Origin: Macrostomum lignano
Taxonomy: Eukaryota
Direction: 5' to 3'
DNA: 64,000 nucleotides
Assembly: GCA_002269645.1 (NCBI GenBank)
Contig: NIVC01000020.1
Location: 1,054,001 to 1,118,000 of the forward strand
Part shown: positions 10,991 through 23,550 of the stretch, piece by piece
Numbering within the stretch: the stretch's first letter is position 1
How the letters are laid out: each line of letters opens with the position of its first letter
Made by a program: the position numbers and the translations under genes
The notes under the pieces: generated by a model
Seen by the model: the letters and a program-made list of their open reading frames with translations, nothing else
Databases searched by the model: none
Told to the model about the DNA's origin: nothing

Positions 10991-11579
10991 GCAGACAAAT
11001 TTAGTAGTTAATACACTCGTAGAATCACAGTGCTCCATGTTTCATAACGTTGCTTAGTTATCAACGGCCTTCTGAAAAACTGTTGCCAATTCTGGCTGGC
11101 ACTGCACAGCTTCGGGTTAGCGGTCAAAGACTTCATCCAGAATGCTTACTTCAAGTATTTTTCGGTCGGCATGGCAACCTAGCAGCACAAAATGATTGCA
11201 AATGATTGCTTTGGGGAATGGCGCGATGGACCTTTGATCCGAGGGTGGCCGTGCTTGGAGAGTGGCGCCTGCGGCAGCAGCAGCAGCAGGTCTTCAAGTG
11301 CTCATTGTGTGCCATGCTGAGCTGCTCAGTGCATGCTCGGTTACCGCTGCGCTATCTTAGAGATAAGTTTGGCTCAGGCGTTGCTGGGGAAAATCTCGCA
11401 CCCAGGTTGGACTTCGCCTCTGGAGCTGCCTATAATTGCAGCTCAGGTGCATTGCAGAGAGGCGCACGGTTTAAAGCAGACTGCGGTCAGACCTGTGAGA
11501 TTGCTTGAGCTCAAGTGCCCGCGGGAGTTTTGGATTGCACAGTGAGTTCAATGCATGTTTCATTTTTTGTAGCTCACAG

Positions 11580-12102
11580 TTTGAGCTTGTGAATTTCGAG
11601 CTTGTAAAGGTGGAGCTTGTGAAGGTGGAGCTTGTAAAGGGTGATCTTTTGAAGCTCAAGCTTGTGAATTTTGAGCTTGTGAAGTTCGAGCTTGTGGAGG
11701 TTGAGCTAGTGAAGGTTGAGCTTGTGAAGGTTGAGCTTGTGAAGGTGGAGCTTGTAAAGGGTGATCTTTTGAAGCTCAAGCTTGTGAATTTTGAGCTTGT
11801 GAAGTTCGAGCTTGTGAAGGTTGAGCTTGTGAAGGTTGAGCTAGTGAAGGTTGAGCTAGTGAAGGTTGAGCTAGTGAAGGTTGAGCTAGTGAAGGTTGAG
11901 CTAGTGAAGGTTGAGCTAGTGAAGGTTGAGCTAGTGAAGGTTGAGCTAGTGAAGGTTGAGCTAGTGAAGGTTGAGCTAGTGAAGGTTGAGCTAGTGAAGG
12001 TTGAGCTAGTGAAGGTTGAGCTAGTGAAGGTTGAGCTAGTGAAGGTTGAGCTAGTGAAGGTTGAGCTTGTGAAGGTTGAGCTTGTAAATTTCGAGTTTGT
12101 GA
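11580..12102. repeat. 15-bp minisatellite
   Basis: Unit gaaggttgagctagt (spurious VELVK ORF). Confidence 0.95.
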
Positions 12103-12176
12103 GGTGTCGAGCCCATAGAACATTCCCATCAACGATTCAAAACGATCGCCGACTCACCGCCCCTGTCAACCCGCAG

Positions 12177-15100
12177 GCATGTCAAACTCGGGAGAGGCAG
12201 CTCGGATCTCTGCGCTGGCCGCAGACTTCATCCGCCTCTACGGTCGCTCCGGCATCGCCTACGGCCGCAATGTCACCGACTTCTTGGCCGGCATCAGCAT
12301 GAGCCCCGGCCTGCTGAGCAAGGCGGCCGCAGCCGGCGCCCAGCTGGAGGTGAGCAAATCATAACTATAGAGTGGTTGTCCACGTACGTGGACTGCCTGC
12401 TGTGCGACGCTGGGGCGCCCGACACTGCCAACGGAGCGACTTCGTTTGCTCCCAGGCTCTGCGGCGCGCCATCTGACGCGCCTTGCTTTAACTGACTTTG
12501 CTTGTGGGGTCGCGTGTTTTGTTGTTGTTTGTAGAGTGGTTGCTATGCAGCTCAGCTACCCAATTCATCCCCATAGAGTGGTTGCTATGCAGCTCAACTA
12601 CCCAATTCAGCCTCATTTGCCATGCAGCTCAGCTACCCAATTAAGTCTCATAGAGTTGTTGCCATGCAGCTCAGCTACCCAATCCAGTCCCATAGAGTGG
12701 TTGCCATGCAGCTCAGCTACCCAATTCAGTCTCATAGAGTTGTTGCCATGCAGCTCAGCTACCCAATCCAGTCCCATAGAGTGGTTGCCATGCAGCTCAG
12801 CTACCCAATTCAGTCTCATAGAGTTGTTGCCATGCAGCTCAGCTACCCAATTCAGTCTCAGAGCGGTTGCCATGCAGCTCAGCTACCCAATTCAGTCTCA
12901 GAGCGGTTGCCATGCAGCTCAGCTACCCAATTCATCCCCATAGAGTGGTTGCTATGCAGCTCAGCTACCCAATTCATCCCCATAGAGTGGTTGCCATGCA
13001 GCTCAGTTACCCAATTCAGCCTCATAGAGTGGTTGCCATGCAGCTCAGACACTGAATTCAGCCTCATAGAGTGGTTGCCATGCAGCTCAGTTACCCAATT
13101 CAGCCTCATAGAGTGGTTGCCATGCAGCTCAGACACTGAATTCAGCCTCATAGAGTGGTTGGCATGCAGCTCAGTTACCCAATTCAGTCTCAGAGCGGTT
13201 GCCATGCAGCTCAGACACTGAATTCGGTCTCATAGACGCCAGCCCAACCCGCAACCCCTCGCAGTGCCCCAGCCAGCCATCCAGCCTGATGCCCCTGGCC
13301 TGGACCCCGCACAATGCCAGCCACCTGGTCGCCACCCTGCTGGCGGGAATTCAAACCCCGGCCTGCTACGACGGGCGCCTGCCGACTTCAGGACTCAGGG
13401 GTGCGCCGCTTCCTGGCTTTGAATTGGGCAACGGGTTCGGAGGCGGTCACGGAGGCGGTCACGGAGACGGGCACAGTCACGGTGCTCCAAGTCCAGCTCA
13501 AGGTGAGAGACGTGAATATTTGAGTCTCCAGTTGAGCTGCTCAACCGGGCTTGATCAGTAAGATTGGCGACCCCCCCCCCTGCCCGCAGTGTGGGGCTTC
13601 GGCCTGCTGTTCGTCACCCTCATCAACCTATGCGCCCTGGTGGGCATCAGCTTCCTGCCGTGCATCGGCCGCCGGCTGTTCAACCTGCTGATGGCCTTCA
13701 TGACGGCCCTGGCCGTGAGCTCGCTGACTGCCACCGCCTTGCTGGTCCTGCTGCCTGAGGTACGTCAGGGGGGGGGGGCTCCAGCCTTGGGGTCCCTGTA
13801 GTGCCATGCCATTAGTTTGAGTGTCATGCCGTCAGTTTGAGTGCCATGCCATCAGTTTGAGTTCTATGCCATCAGTTTGAGTGCCATGCCATCAGTTTGA
13901 GTGCCATGCCATCAGTTTGAGTGCCATGCCATCAGTTTGAGTGCCATGCCATCAGTTTGAGTGTCACGCCATCAGTTTGAGTGTCATGCCGTCAGTTTGA
14001 GTGTCACGCCATCAGTTTGAGTGCCATGCCGTCAGTTTGAGTGCAATGCCATCAGTTTGAGTGCCATGCCATCAGTTTGAGCGCCATGCCATCAGTTTGA
14101 GTGCCATGCCATCAGTTTGAGTGTCACGCCATCAGTTTGAGTGTCATGCCATCAGTTTGAGTGTCACGCCATCAGTTTGAGTGCCATGCCGTCAGTTTGA
14201 GTGCAATGCCATCAGTTTGAGTGCCATGCCATCAGTTTGAGTGCCATGCCATCAGTTTGCCATGCCATCAGTTTGAGTGTCATGCCATCAGTTTGAGTGT
14301 CACGCCATCAGTTTGAGTGCCATGCCGTCAGTTTGAGTGCAATGCCATCAGTTTGAGTGCCATGCCATCAGTTTGAGTGCCATGCCATCAGTTTGAGTGT
14401 CATGCCATCAGTTTGAGTGCCATGCCATCAGTTTGAGTGTCACGCCATCAGTTTGAGTGTCATGCCATCAGTTTGAGTGTCACGCCATCAGTTTGAGTGC
14501 CATGCCGTCAGTTTGAGTGCCATGCCATCAGTTTGAGTGCCATGCCATCAGTTTGAGTGCCACCCAATCCAAACGCGGTGCCTCCATGCCAACAATGCAC
14601 AACTTTAATAATATCAATTGATTACACCTGCCCTAGAGGGCAGATGTGCAACCGACAGCTCAGCCGCAGCTGTTGCGCGGCGCATCTGAAGGCTGCGTAC
14701 GGCTGTTCAGTCCAATGACTGGGGAGTCGAACACCCTCAATTACCGCAGCTAATGCTGGCACCCATTTTACAGCTGGTTGAACTGAAGCAATGCAGTGTT
14801 AAGAGCTTTGCTCAAGGACACAAACTGTTTCGAGTGGGTCGAGAATCGAACCTCCAACCTTTCAGTCGTGAGTCCGACGCTCTGACCACTAGGCTACAAC
14901 CCCTGGAGCTACAACCCCCCACAGAGCTTTAGGAAATCATGGAAATTTTGGGTGCCTCGTTGGTCGCAAGCAGCGCAGGTTGAATTTTATCAGCAATCTT
15001 TTTAGTCACTTTTAAGCATAGCTGGTTTAAAAGAATTTAGTCAACGGTCAGACCAGTTCGGTGTTTCTTTTCCTGTTGCCATGGCAACTCAGCAGCGGTG

Positions 15101-17353
15101 ATAGCATGGTTTAGAGTGGGGCGATGAACCGGAACGTGGCCGCGCTTGGAGAAGTTCGTCTGCGTCAGCAGAGTCACCAGCAGAAACCAATGCCTATTGC
15201 GCTCGTTGGGTGCTACGCAGAGCTGCTCAGTGCATGCATGCTTACCGCTGCGCTATCTTAGAGATAACAGGGCTGTGAGGGCTGGCTAGATTCAGGCCGC
15301 GAATCTTTATTGCACAGCTGTGCGTTGCAGACTTTTATTGAGCTTTGCTCGCTGGGTCACGGGGTATTGATAACGGTATGCGCTGCCGCAGGGTCCTGCA
15401 GTCTGAGTCCACCATCTCAGATTGATCAGTGCAGTCTGCGGTCACTGGTCAGCCTAGATTGATCAGTGCAGTCTGTGGTCAGCCTACAGTTTAGATTGAT
15501 AAGTGCAGTCTGTGGTCAGCCTACAGTTTAGATTGATCAGTGCAGTCTGTGGTGAGCCTAGATTGATCAGTGCAGTCTGTGGTCAGCCTAGATTGATCAG
15601 TGCAGTCTGTGGTCAGCTTAGATTTTAAAAACCAATATGCATGTCTTTCTCCGCAGTGCTTGCAGCTGGAATTCATACACGAGGAGGTGAACAAGGAGAA
15701 CTCCAGCCTCATCCGTGACCATCACGACCATGACCACCATGATCACCATGATCACCACGCGTTCCATGGCTCTGCCCACACCAGCTGGGAGGACTTTCTC
15801 TCCGAGCACCCGTGGTACCTGTGGCGCTGCTGCACCGTGTTCGGGGGCATCTACCTGTTCTTCCTCATCGAACGCCTGCTCAAAGAGCTCATCCGGATGA
15901 AGGCAAGTCCAATTCGAGAGCACCTGAAAAGCTGCCGATATGTAGCGATAATTACTTTTCAACTTTAGCCAATCAGAAGTTGAATCTGCTGGTGGGGTTC
16001 TGAGAACAGCATTGTTGGATATTGTAAAGGAGTTCGGCTTTTAAAACCCATTTTCCAAGACATCGCTGGGCTGCTCTGATTGGCTGACGCAACCAAATTC
16101 CCCACAGGGAGGCGGCAGCTTCGGCCACGGTCACTCGCACGCGCTGCCGGAGCCGCAGCTGCAGCAGGAGGACTCGTCCACCGCCCTGGCCAGCTACAAG
16201 TCCGCCCGCGTCTCCCCGGCCCCGCCAGTCGATGCGGAGTCGCCGCGCCAAAAAGAGGCTCCGCCGTCCGGGGAGCCGGCGGCGTACGGGGCGGCCACCG
16301 TCTTACCGGTGGAGGTCGCGGAGGACGGCGCCGCCTGCTGTAGCGACGGCGCGGCTGCTGGCAGCGGCAGCGGCGGCAACGCGGGCTCCGTGTCCACCCG
16401 TCTGGTGAAGGTGCAGCCGGTGGCCTGGATGATTTTGCTGGGCGACGCGCTGCACAACTTCGTCGACGGCCTGAGCATCGGGGTGGCCTTCAGCCGCTCC
16501 ACCCTCAGCGGCGTCAGCATCTCCTTGGCGGTGCTGTGCGAGGAGCTGCCGCACGAGCTCGGCGACTTCGCCATCCTGCTGTCGGCCGGGATGTCCATGC
16601 CGATGGCGCTGCTGTGCAACTTCCTGTCCGCCTGCACCTGCTACCTTGGCTTCGCGCTGGGCGTCGCACTGGGCGAAACCGACGCCAGCGTGTGGATTTT
16701 CGCCATCGCCAGCGGCATGTTCTTGTACATCGGCCTGGTGGACATGGTGAGCTTGGGGCTGACGTCCTGTGTCCGATGAGGTCCGGGGTGTCCGATGGGG
16801 TCCGGGGTGTCCGATGGGGTCCGGGGTGTCTACTGGCCGGGGTCCGGGGCGTCTCCTGGCCGGGGTCCGGGGCGTCCGATGAGGTCCCGGGTGTCCGATG
16901 AGGTCCGGGTGTCCGATGAGGTCCGGGGTGTCCGATGAGGTCCGGGGTGTCCGATGGGGTCCGGGGTGTCCGATGAGGTCCGGGGTGTCCGATGGGGTTC
17001 GGGGTGCGGGGTGTCCGATGGGGTCCGGGGTGTCCGATGAGGTCCGGGGTGTCCGATGGGGTTCGGGGTGCGGGGTGTCTGGTGGGTCCGGGATGGCCAT
17101 CTTAAATCTGCTGGTGGGGTTCTGAGAACAGCACTGTTGGATATTATAAAGGAGTTGCTGAGACAGTGTGGAACAGTGAAGCCTCCTCCGCCGTTTCCAG
17201 CTGCCCGCGGTGAGCAGCTCGCTGGAGCAGCCGGAGGCCCTGCAGTCCGGCAGGGCGAAGCTGTTCGCCCTGCAGAATCTCGGCCTGCTGGTCGGATTCG
17301 TCGCCATCCTGATGCTGGCCGTCTACGGCGGCAACATCTCGCTGGGAGAGTGA
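12177..17353 (+). CDS. ZIP/SLC39 metal transporter, LIV-1 subfamily (ZIP8/14-type motif); 5' exon(s) not identified
   Basis: Exons 12177-12349, 13265-13502, 13590-13759, 15657-15902 (GC donor), 16108-16746, 17201-17353 (TGA). Motifs: His-rich segments, [17 protein letters not shown] (TM1), [17 protein letters not shown] (TM4), [18 protein letters not shown] (TM5), [13 protein letters not shown] (TM8). Confidence 0.93.
12533..13237. repeat. 42-bp intronic minisatellite
   Basis: Unit agagtggttgccatgcagctcagctacccaattcagtctcat. Confidence 0.95.
13800..14562. repeat. 20-bp intronic minisatellite, ~38 copies
   Basis: Unit gtgccatgccatcagtttga. Confidence 0.95.
14620..14901 (-). mobile_element. 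tRNA-derived SINE, copy 1
   Basis: Minus strand starts ggttgtagcctagtggtcagagcgtcggactcacgactgaaaggttggaggttcgattc (A and B boxes); the body contains gtgtccttgagcaaagctcttaac...ccagctgtaaaatgggtgcc; a second copy lies at 47007-47302. Confidence 0.85.
15395..15622. repeat. ~30-bp intronic minisatellite
   Basis: Unit tagattgatcagtgcagtctgtggtcagcc. Confidence 0.85.
16771..17085. repeat. 19-bp intronic minisatellite
   Basis: Unit gtccgatgaggtccggggt. Confidence 0.9.
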
Positions 17354-17735
17354 CGGCGGCCTCGGGCTGTGCGGTCTCGATTGAGGAGCTCCGAGCTGCC
17401 GTCGCGCTAAAGTCTGACACTGAGACTGTGGTCTATTAAAGTACAAAGTGTTCACACGGGTTCTGTGATATATTAAAGTACAATGTGTTTGCACGGGTTC
17501 TGTGATTTATTAAAGTACAATGTGAATTCAGTAGAGGCAAGGTCTGTCTGCAGTGGTGCATATAATTCTGTCCTGATTATTTTCTTTGAAATTCCTAAAT
17601 CAAATTATTCGGTATTACGTTCTGTAGTCTGAGTAAATAAAAGAATAAGTTTACTACTCTACTGTCAGTAGTGCAACTACTGCTTATTGAAATTTATTCA
17701 AGAGGTGAATGTGAGACCAACAAAATATAATCCAA

Positions 17736-18194
<459 letters not shown>

Positions 18195-18582
18195 GGTTTA
18201 TTTTGTTTAAAAGGCAGTCACATTTTGGAGACAGCTTTTAACCGTAAATTATACGGTCGCAATTGTGTTTCTACCGAATTACAAGTCAAATTGGCAGCAG
18301 GGACAGAGCGGTGATAGAGATGGGAGGAGATTGAAAATAATTTTATTTTAAGCAGAATTCAAAGCGGAAATTCGGCCTGTTTTTAGATTTGCTTTCTTGA
18401 GTACATAAACGAAATCATGTAGCTCGTACCTAGAGCTCAGTGTCTTATTAAGTGAAGCTTACTATGGTAAAAAGAGTTGATTTTCAGAAAACTTATGGAT
18501 TCAAGAGCTACGAGTGCTCCAAAAAGTAATCAGTACAACGGGAAGTCTTAGCAACAAAGCAGGAAGATTGGCGAAGTTCTTC

Positions 18583-19428
18583 CTAGTGCAGGCCTTGCCG
18601 CCTCAGCTTCTCCTCCAGCTCAGCGATCCGGTCATCCTTCTCCAGGTCCCGCTTCAAAAACTCCAGCGCCGTTTTCAGGGCCTCCTCGGTCTCCCCGTTC
18701 AGCTGGATGGCTCCGGCCTTGTCGGCGCTGCTCTTCAGATCAGAGGCGATGGCGTGCAGCTTGCCGGAGTTGAGTTTGATGTCAGCGGCCAGCTGTCGCA
18801 TTTCTTTCACGTTGAGCGCCGTACGGGTGGCCACCGTCACAGCTCCAACGCCACAGGCGGCACCAGCGATGGCGCCAGCGGCAACCCAGGTGGCTCCGCC
18901 GGTGAAGAAGCCGAGAGCCGCAGCGCCAGCTCCGAGAGCAGTCAGACCAACTGTGCCAGCGGCTCCCCCGTTCCTGGAGCGGCTGGCTTTCTTGTCCATC
19001 TCCTTAGACTGCTGCTTCAGCTTCTCCGCCAGCTCTACCGCGAGCTGCTGCGACTCACTGAGGTGCCCCAAAAAGGTGTCGAAAGCGTCGTAGAAGTTTT
19101 TGGCCATGTTGTGGGTCTTGTCCAGTTTTTCGCTTAACTCTCTAACAGGAATGTTTCTTGTGAATTTCGCACGAAGAAAGTCCTTAAACTCCTTGATTTT
19201 CTCAAGGAATTCTTTAAGCCAGACCTCAAGCTTTGCCCCGGACTCCCGAACTTTCTGCAACTCCTGCTTCAGCCTCTCAAGTAGCGGCTCCTGCGGCAGG
19301 TTGTTTGCTTCAACTTTGCTGCCATTGTCCTTCGTGCTTTCAATAATGTTGCACAGCTCGGAACTGTTCTTTTGAAGCAGCTTCATGGTCTTGTCGGCTT
19401 GACCAATGTTTATCAGCACCTCGTCCAT
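18583..19428 (-). CDS. Apolipoprotein-L-like / coiled-coil protein with Gly/Ala-rich hydrophobic hairpin, paralog 1
   Basis: Intronless ORF of ~281 aa; heptad-rich N and C parts flank GAAGTVGLTALGAGAAALGFFTGGATWVAAGAIAGAACGVGAVTV; paralogous to 23551-24441 and 26028-26981. Confidence 0.75.
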   Translation of the reverse strand: MDEVLINIGQADKTMKLLQKNSSELCNIIESTKDNGSKVEANNLPQEPLLERLKQELQKVRESGAKLEVWLKEFLEKIKEFKDFLRAKFTRNIPVRELSEKLDKTHNMAKNFYDAFDTFLGHLSESQQLAVELAEKLKQQSKEMDKKASRSRNGGAAGTVGLTALGAGAAALGFFTGGATWVAAGAIAGAACGVGAVTVATRTALNVKEMRQLAADIKLNSGKLHAIASDLKSSADKAGAIQLNGETEEALKTALEFLKRDLEKDDRIAELEEKLRRQGLH

Positions 19429-19949
19429 CACGAACAGCTTCTCCGATCTGATTCGAGGTTAAACAGCAAACTTTCACTATTTATTCTTGCCTTAAAAATA
19501 TGCAGAGAAGTCTTTTGGGGGTCTTAAATACTGCATAAGCCGTGTACGTCAAAAGTAAATGGAAGTTCCCTTTCTATGTTCGCAGAGTGCATGCGGTACA
19601 CTTAAAAGCCCGAGAGCGCACTTTTGAAAGGCCAAGTCTTTATCTGTCCTGGCCCCAACAAACAAACAGCTACGAGGCATTACATTCATGCCTCGATCAT
19701 TTGGACTTCAGATATTATACAAAGTTGCAAAATTTTATGTACGCGAAAACAGAAGTTCCCTTTTCAAAGCGTACATTAGCGTTGTCAAAGTTTCACTAAC
19801 CCCACCTTATGCCTGCAGATAAATATTTGTTGTAAACAGAATAAAATGAAAAAAAAATTCTCAAAAAGGTTCTGACGCACCCTCAGTTCAATGAAAAGTT
19901 CGTTTAAGAGCGGTTCGGCTGCGCGATTCAAGGATTTTGCACAAAAAAG

Positions 19950-20180
19950 CGTCATAGTAAGCGTAATAATAAGCGTCATAAGAAGAGTTTAATAAAAAGT
20001 GTCATAAGAGTCATACTATGCGTCACAGTAAAAGTCAAAATGAGAGCCATAATCAGCGCCATATTAAACGTCATATTATGCGTCATTAAAAGAGTCATTA
20101 AAGGAGTCAATGTAAGCGTCATTATAAGAGTCACTATAAGCGTCATAATAAGCATCATATTAAGCGCCAAAATACGAGTC
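19950..20180. repeat. Degenerate 12-bp repeat
   Basis: aagcgtcataat / aagagtcattat variants. Confidence 0.7.
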
Positions 20181-20314
20181 ATATTATTAAGAGTTTTTAC
20201 CGATGGTACAGCCTTTCGGTAAAAACTACATTTCAAATCTTCAATTCAATCTAGGGGCAAAAATTTGCCTTTGATATTTAATGATTTTGCTGGGACATTG
20301 TGGAATGACGGTTA

Positions 20315-23300
20315 CAGGGACTACTCAAACATCGGGACGGGAAACTAGGCAAATCATGGCAAAGTTTTTACGAGGCTGGTTTGTTAGCAGCTGACGAGGC
20401 TGGCTGGCTTATTTGTATAGAGCGATACTTTGTTGTCTATGGTTATTTTCTATTATTTGAAGCTTGTGATACCGTTATTTCCACTGCAGTCTAGCAGGGG
20501 ATGCTTGCATTATATTATAGCAGCTAAGTTTCTGGCAGACGCGCAGGACAAGCTCAATTTTTCTGCTTGTGTTGTTGGCATCAATGCCAAGAAAGTGCAG
20601 CGTTGTTGGCTGCAAGTCAAATTACGAGTCCGAACGATTGGCTACGAAAGTCCATCTGTTTCCGAAGGACTCGGTTGAGCGAGAGCGATGGAAAAAGGCC
20701 CTGCCGAACATCCTAGAGGTAGGCGCTATTTACTATAAGGTAAATTGTGCCAATATATATGCAAATTTTTTCTTTATTGGCAAGTGTTTTTTCCTTTATT
20801 CCGCCTTTCAGTCCGTAACAGATCACATGGGAATCTGCGCCAAACACTGGCCACCGGACACAACAATGGTGAAAAAGCGACGATTTGAGGCACCAAAGGA
20901 TCCGCCTTCTATTTTCAATGGTGTTCCTCCGTCTTGCCTGGTCCAGAACCAAGGTATGACTATACTTTGAATACCTATTTGTACTTTAGACTTTAGCATT
21001 TGGTTCATATAATCTAAACTTCCTCAAGGTTCCCACCATAAATGTTTTTACATTTTAGAACGCAATAGAGATGTGAAGACGAGAGGTGTTCTCTCTGACG
21101 CACAAGGTGGCTTAGCGGATGAATTAGAGGAGTTTCAGCTGAGCGACACCATATCTTCGTGGAATGGTTTCTGTGACTCCGTACAGGACTCTGAAATAGT
21201 CAAACGCCACTCCTTAGTGGTTACATTTCTTCAGCAGGATTTATATATGTTTTCATTGGACTCCAATGGCGACATGCTTGTTCGATTATTTATTTCGCCA
21301 AATTTTGCTGTTTGCGCCTACATAATGCACACGCCAGTTAATGTTCGCGACCTACTTGGATTTCAACCCACGCTGAAGTTTTGGTCGCAACTGGATGCAA
21401 TTATCGTACGATGCAACAACTCTGAGTTTTCAGTTGAGAACGAGATTTCGTATTTGCACTGGTTTGCGATAACCATCCTGTGAATCGAAAGTGTTTTTCT
21501 CTTTTTCGTGACAACCTTCACATCAAGCCCTGGATTGGCAGAGATCCCTCACAGGAGTCCGTTTTCTATATGATAAACGACTCAGTGCATCTGTTGAAAT
21601 GCCTTAGAAACAATTGGCAAACGGAAAAAACTGGAATACTCACACTCCGTGTACCAAGCAGTGGCCAGACTATATCGGCAAAGTGGAACGATTTGATCAG
21701 AGTATACAAAAGCGAAGAAAATCATGTTGTAAAGCGATCTGGTCTAACCTTCGAAGCTTGCTACCCATCCAGCATTCAAAAAACTAAAGTTTTTGATGAA
21801 AAAGTGGCAGCTGCACTTAAGTGCGACGGTCATTATGAAACTGCTAGCTTTGTGGAGACCATTTTAAAGTTGTGGAACATAGTGAACTGCAAGAATCCAG
21901 ATCTACATGTTCGATTTAATGATCCCAGCAGGAAACCTATTTTTTCTGTTCATGACGACAACATCACGTTTTTAAAAGATTTTGCCGAGTCTATCGAACA
22001 GTCACAGTGCGGAAAAGGGCGCGCCCGCTACCGATGTCTCACGGCTGAGACTAAGTTGGCTATTTCGTATTCCTTGCGTGGCATGGTGGACCTTTGCGAA
22101 GATCTGCTCTCGGATCCTGATATTTCCTATGTTCTACTAGGGAATTTTCAGAGCGATCCTCTAGAAGGAGAGTTTGGAGTTTATCGGCAGATGAGCGGTG
22201 GCAATTATTTTATATCTGTCGAGCAAGTCCTACTGAGTGCACGACTAAGGCGCATGAAAATTTTCGCAAGTCTTGAATTGGACAACTATCACCATAATAA
22301 GAGTCCATGTTGCACCGCGGAAATTTCTGAAGAGGAACTGACAGCGTTAGACAGCTGTCCATCAAATACAGATGGCATTGCTCTCTCAGAAAAGGCTTCC
22401 CTTTATTTCATCGCTGGTAAGATTTCTTTTCTTGCTGTATCTAATTAGTATATAGCCCCCAACTAATTGTATTTTCGGTGAGCTAAAGTAGCGGTAATTA
22501 AATGGATCTTTTTCAGGCTATATCTGTGTCAAGGAGAAAATTAAAGGCGTCGACAGAGAATTTGCGGACAGCACAAAAGAAGAAGCCAGTGAATTCACTC
22601 AGTTACTATCGCGGGAAAAGCTACGGCACCCCCCAGAGTGGCTGTTTTCATTTCTAACTCTCTGCTACGCATGCTTCACTGCCCACTCACCCGTTTGTGC
22701 AACGAGAGTGCAGACACTATTTACAACTATAGCTGAAAATTTCTTCCATTACATTGACTTCAACGTCCAAGGTGTGACACGAAGAGCAACAAACACATTC
22801 TTTAAAAGACTTGTCCGGAGATCATCGAAGGTGGCTCCATCATCCGTCACCGTTCAAGAGAGAAAGACAAAAAAAACTTAGAAGTGCGTGATATTGCGGA
22901 CCAGACAATGCTTAAATCTGTTAAATATTTTTTCGCATCTGTTCATTTTCCCGTCTGTGTATATATATGTTCAAACTTCACATATTTTAATGCTCACATC
23001 CACTGTGTGAGTTAACTTTTTATTGTTCGTCTGTTCCATGTTCACTATTCACCATTGAAATAGCCCTCAATGTTACCTTATATGTTTTATGAACTATTTT
23101 TCCAGTGCACTTTCAAGTAAATATACACAGTTCATAAAAGCACCTGAATCTTAAAATTCATAGATATACTCGTAATAAAATATAAAATTTATTGAAGATT
23201 TATTGAAATACTGAAATAGCTACTGCTGCATTGGCGCGGCCATATATTTAACCAGCCTCGTAAAAACTTCGCCATGATTTGCCTAGTTTCCCGTCCCGAT

Positions 23301-23316
23301 GTTTGAGTAGTCCCTG
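20315..23316 (+). mobile_element. P-element/THAP9-like DNA transposon, 3002 bp, internally deleted
   Basis: 67-bp TIRs (20315-20381 / 23250-23316, one mismatch; cagggactactcaaacatcgggacggg...); 8-bp TSD GACGGTTA at 20307-20314 and 23317-23324. Confidence 0.95.
20584..22881 (+). pseudogene. THAP-domain P-element transposase, disrupted
   Basis: THAP domain MPRKCSVVGC...FPKD...W..A...ICAKHW...P over exons 20584-20718 and 20812-20953; next exon from 21059; frame break near 21450; then LVCDNHPVNRK, DSVHLLKCLRNNW, QSDPLEGEFGVYRQMSGG; last intron ~22418-22516. Confidence 0.85.
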
Positions 23317-23550
23317 GACGGTTATTAGAGCTGAGGAAAAATTGTGTAACAAAAGTGAATATTTTCTACTCCAAGTGATATAAACAGATTGTGTGTCTAA
23401 ACACGAAGAGGAAAGAAAACAGAAAACTTTAACAAGAAGTTTATCCACTGCCGTAGATATTTTCGGGCACAGGAGAAAAACCTGTTATGATTTGCGTGAG
23501 GCGTGTCCGAGAGAACTTTCAGTTGTGCCGTCCTGCACTTCAGTAAAAAA

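Noticed and set aside
9328-10998. Long ORFs (344, 299, 475 aa) with SAIPPN/GGIAL repeats
   Set aside because: Open on several frames and both strands purely because of the 21/39-bp minisatellite; no splice or codon evidence.
11505-12302. VELVK-repeat ORF
   Set aside because: Translation of a 15-bp tandem repeat in non-coding sequence 5' of the first identified ZIP exon.
14830-14901. tRNA gene call (CAC anticodon-like loop)
   Set aside because: No complete acceptor stem, and it is fused to a repeated SINE body; the same applies to the heads at 30110-30171, 36234-36295 and 47230-47302.
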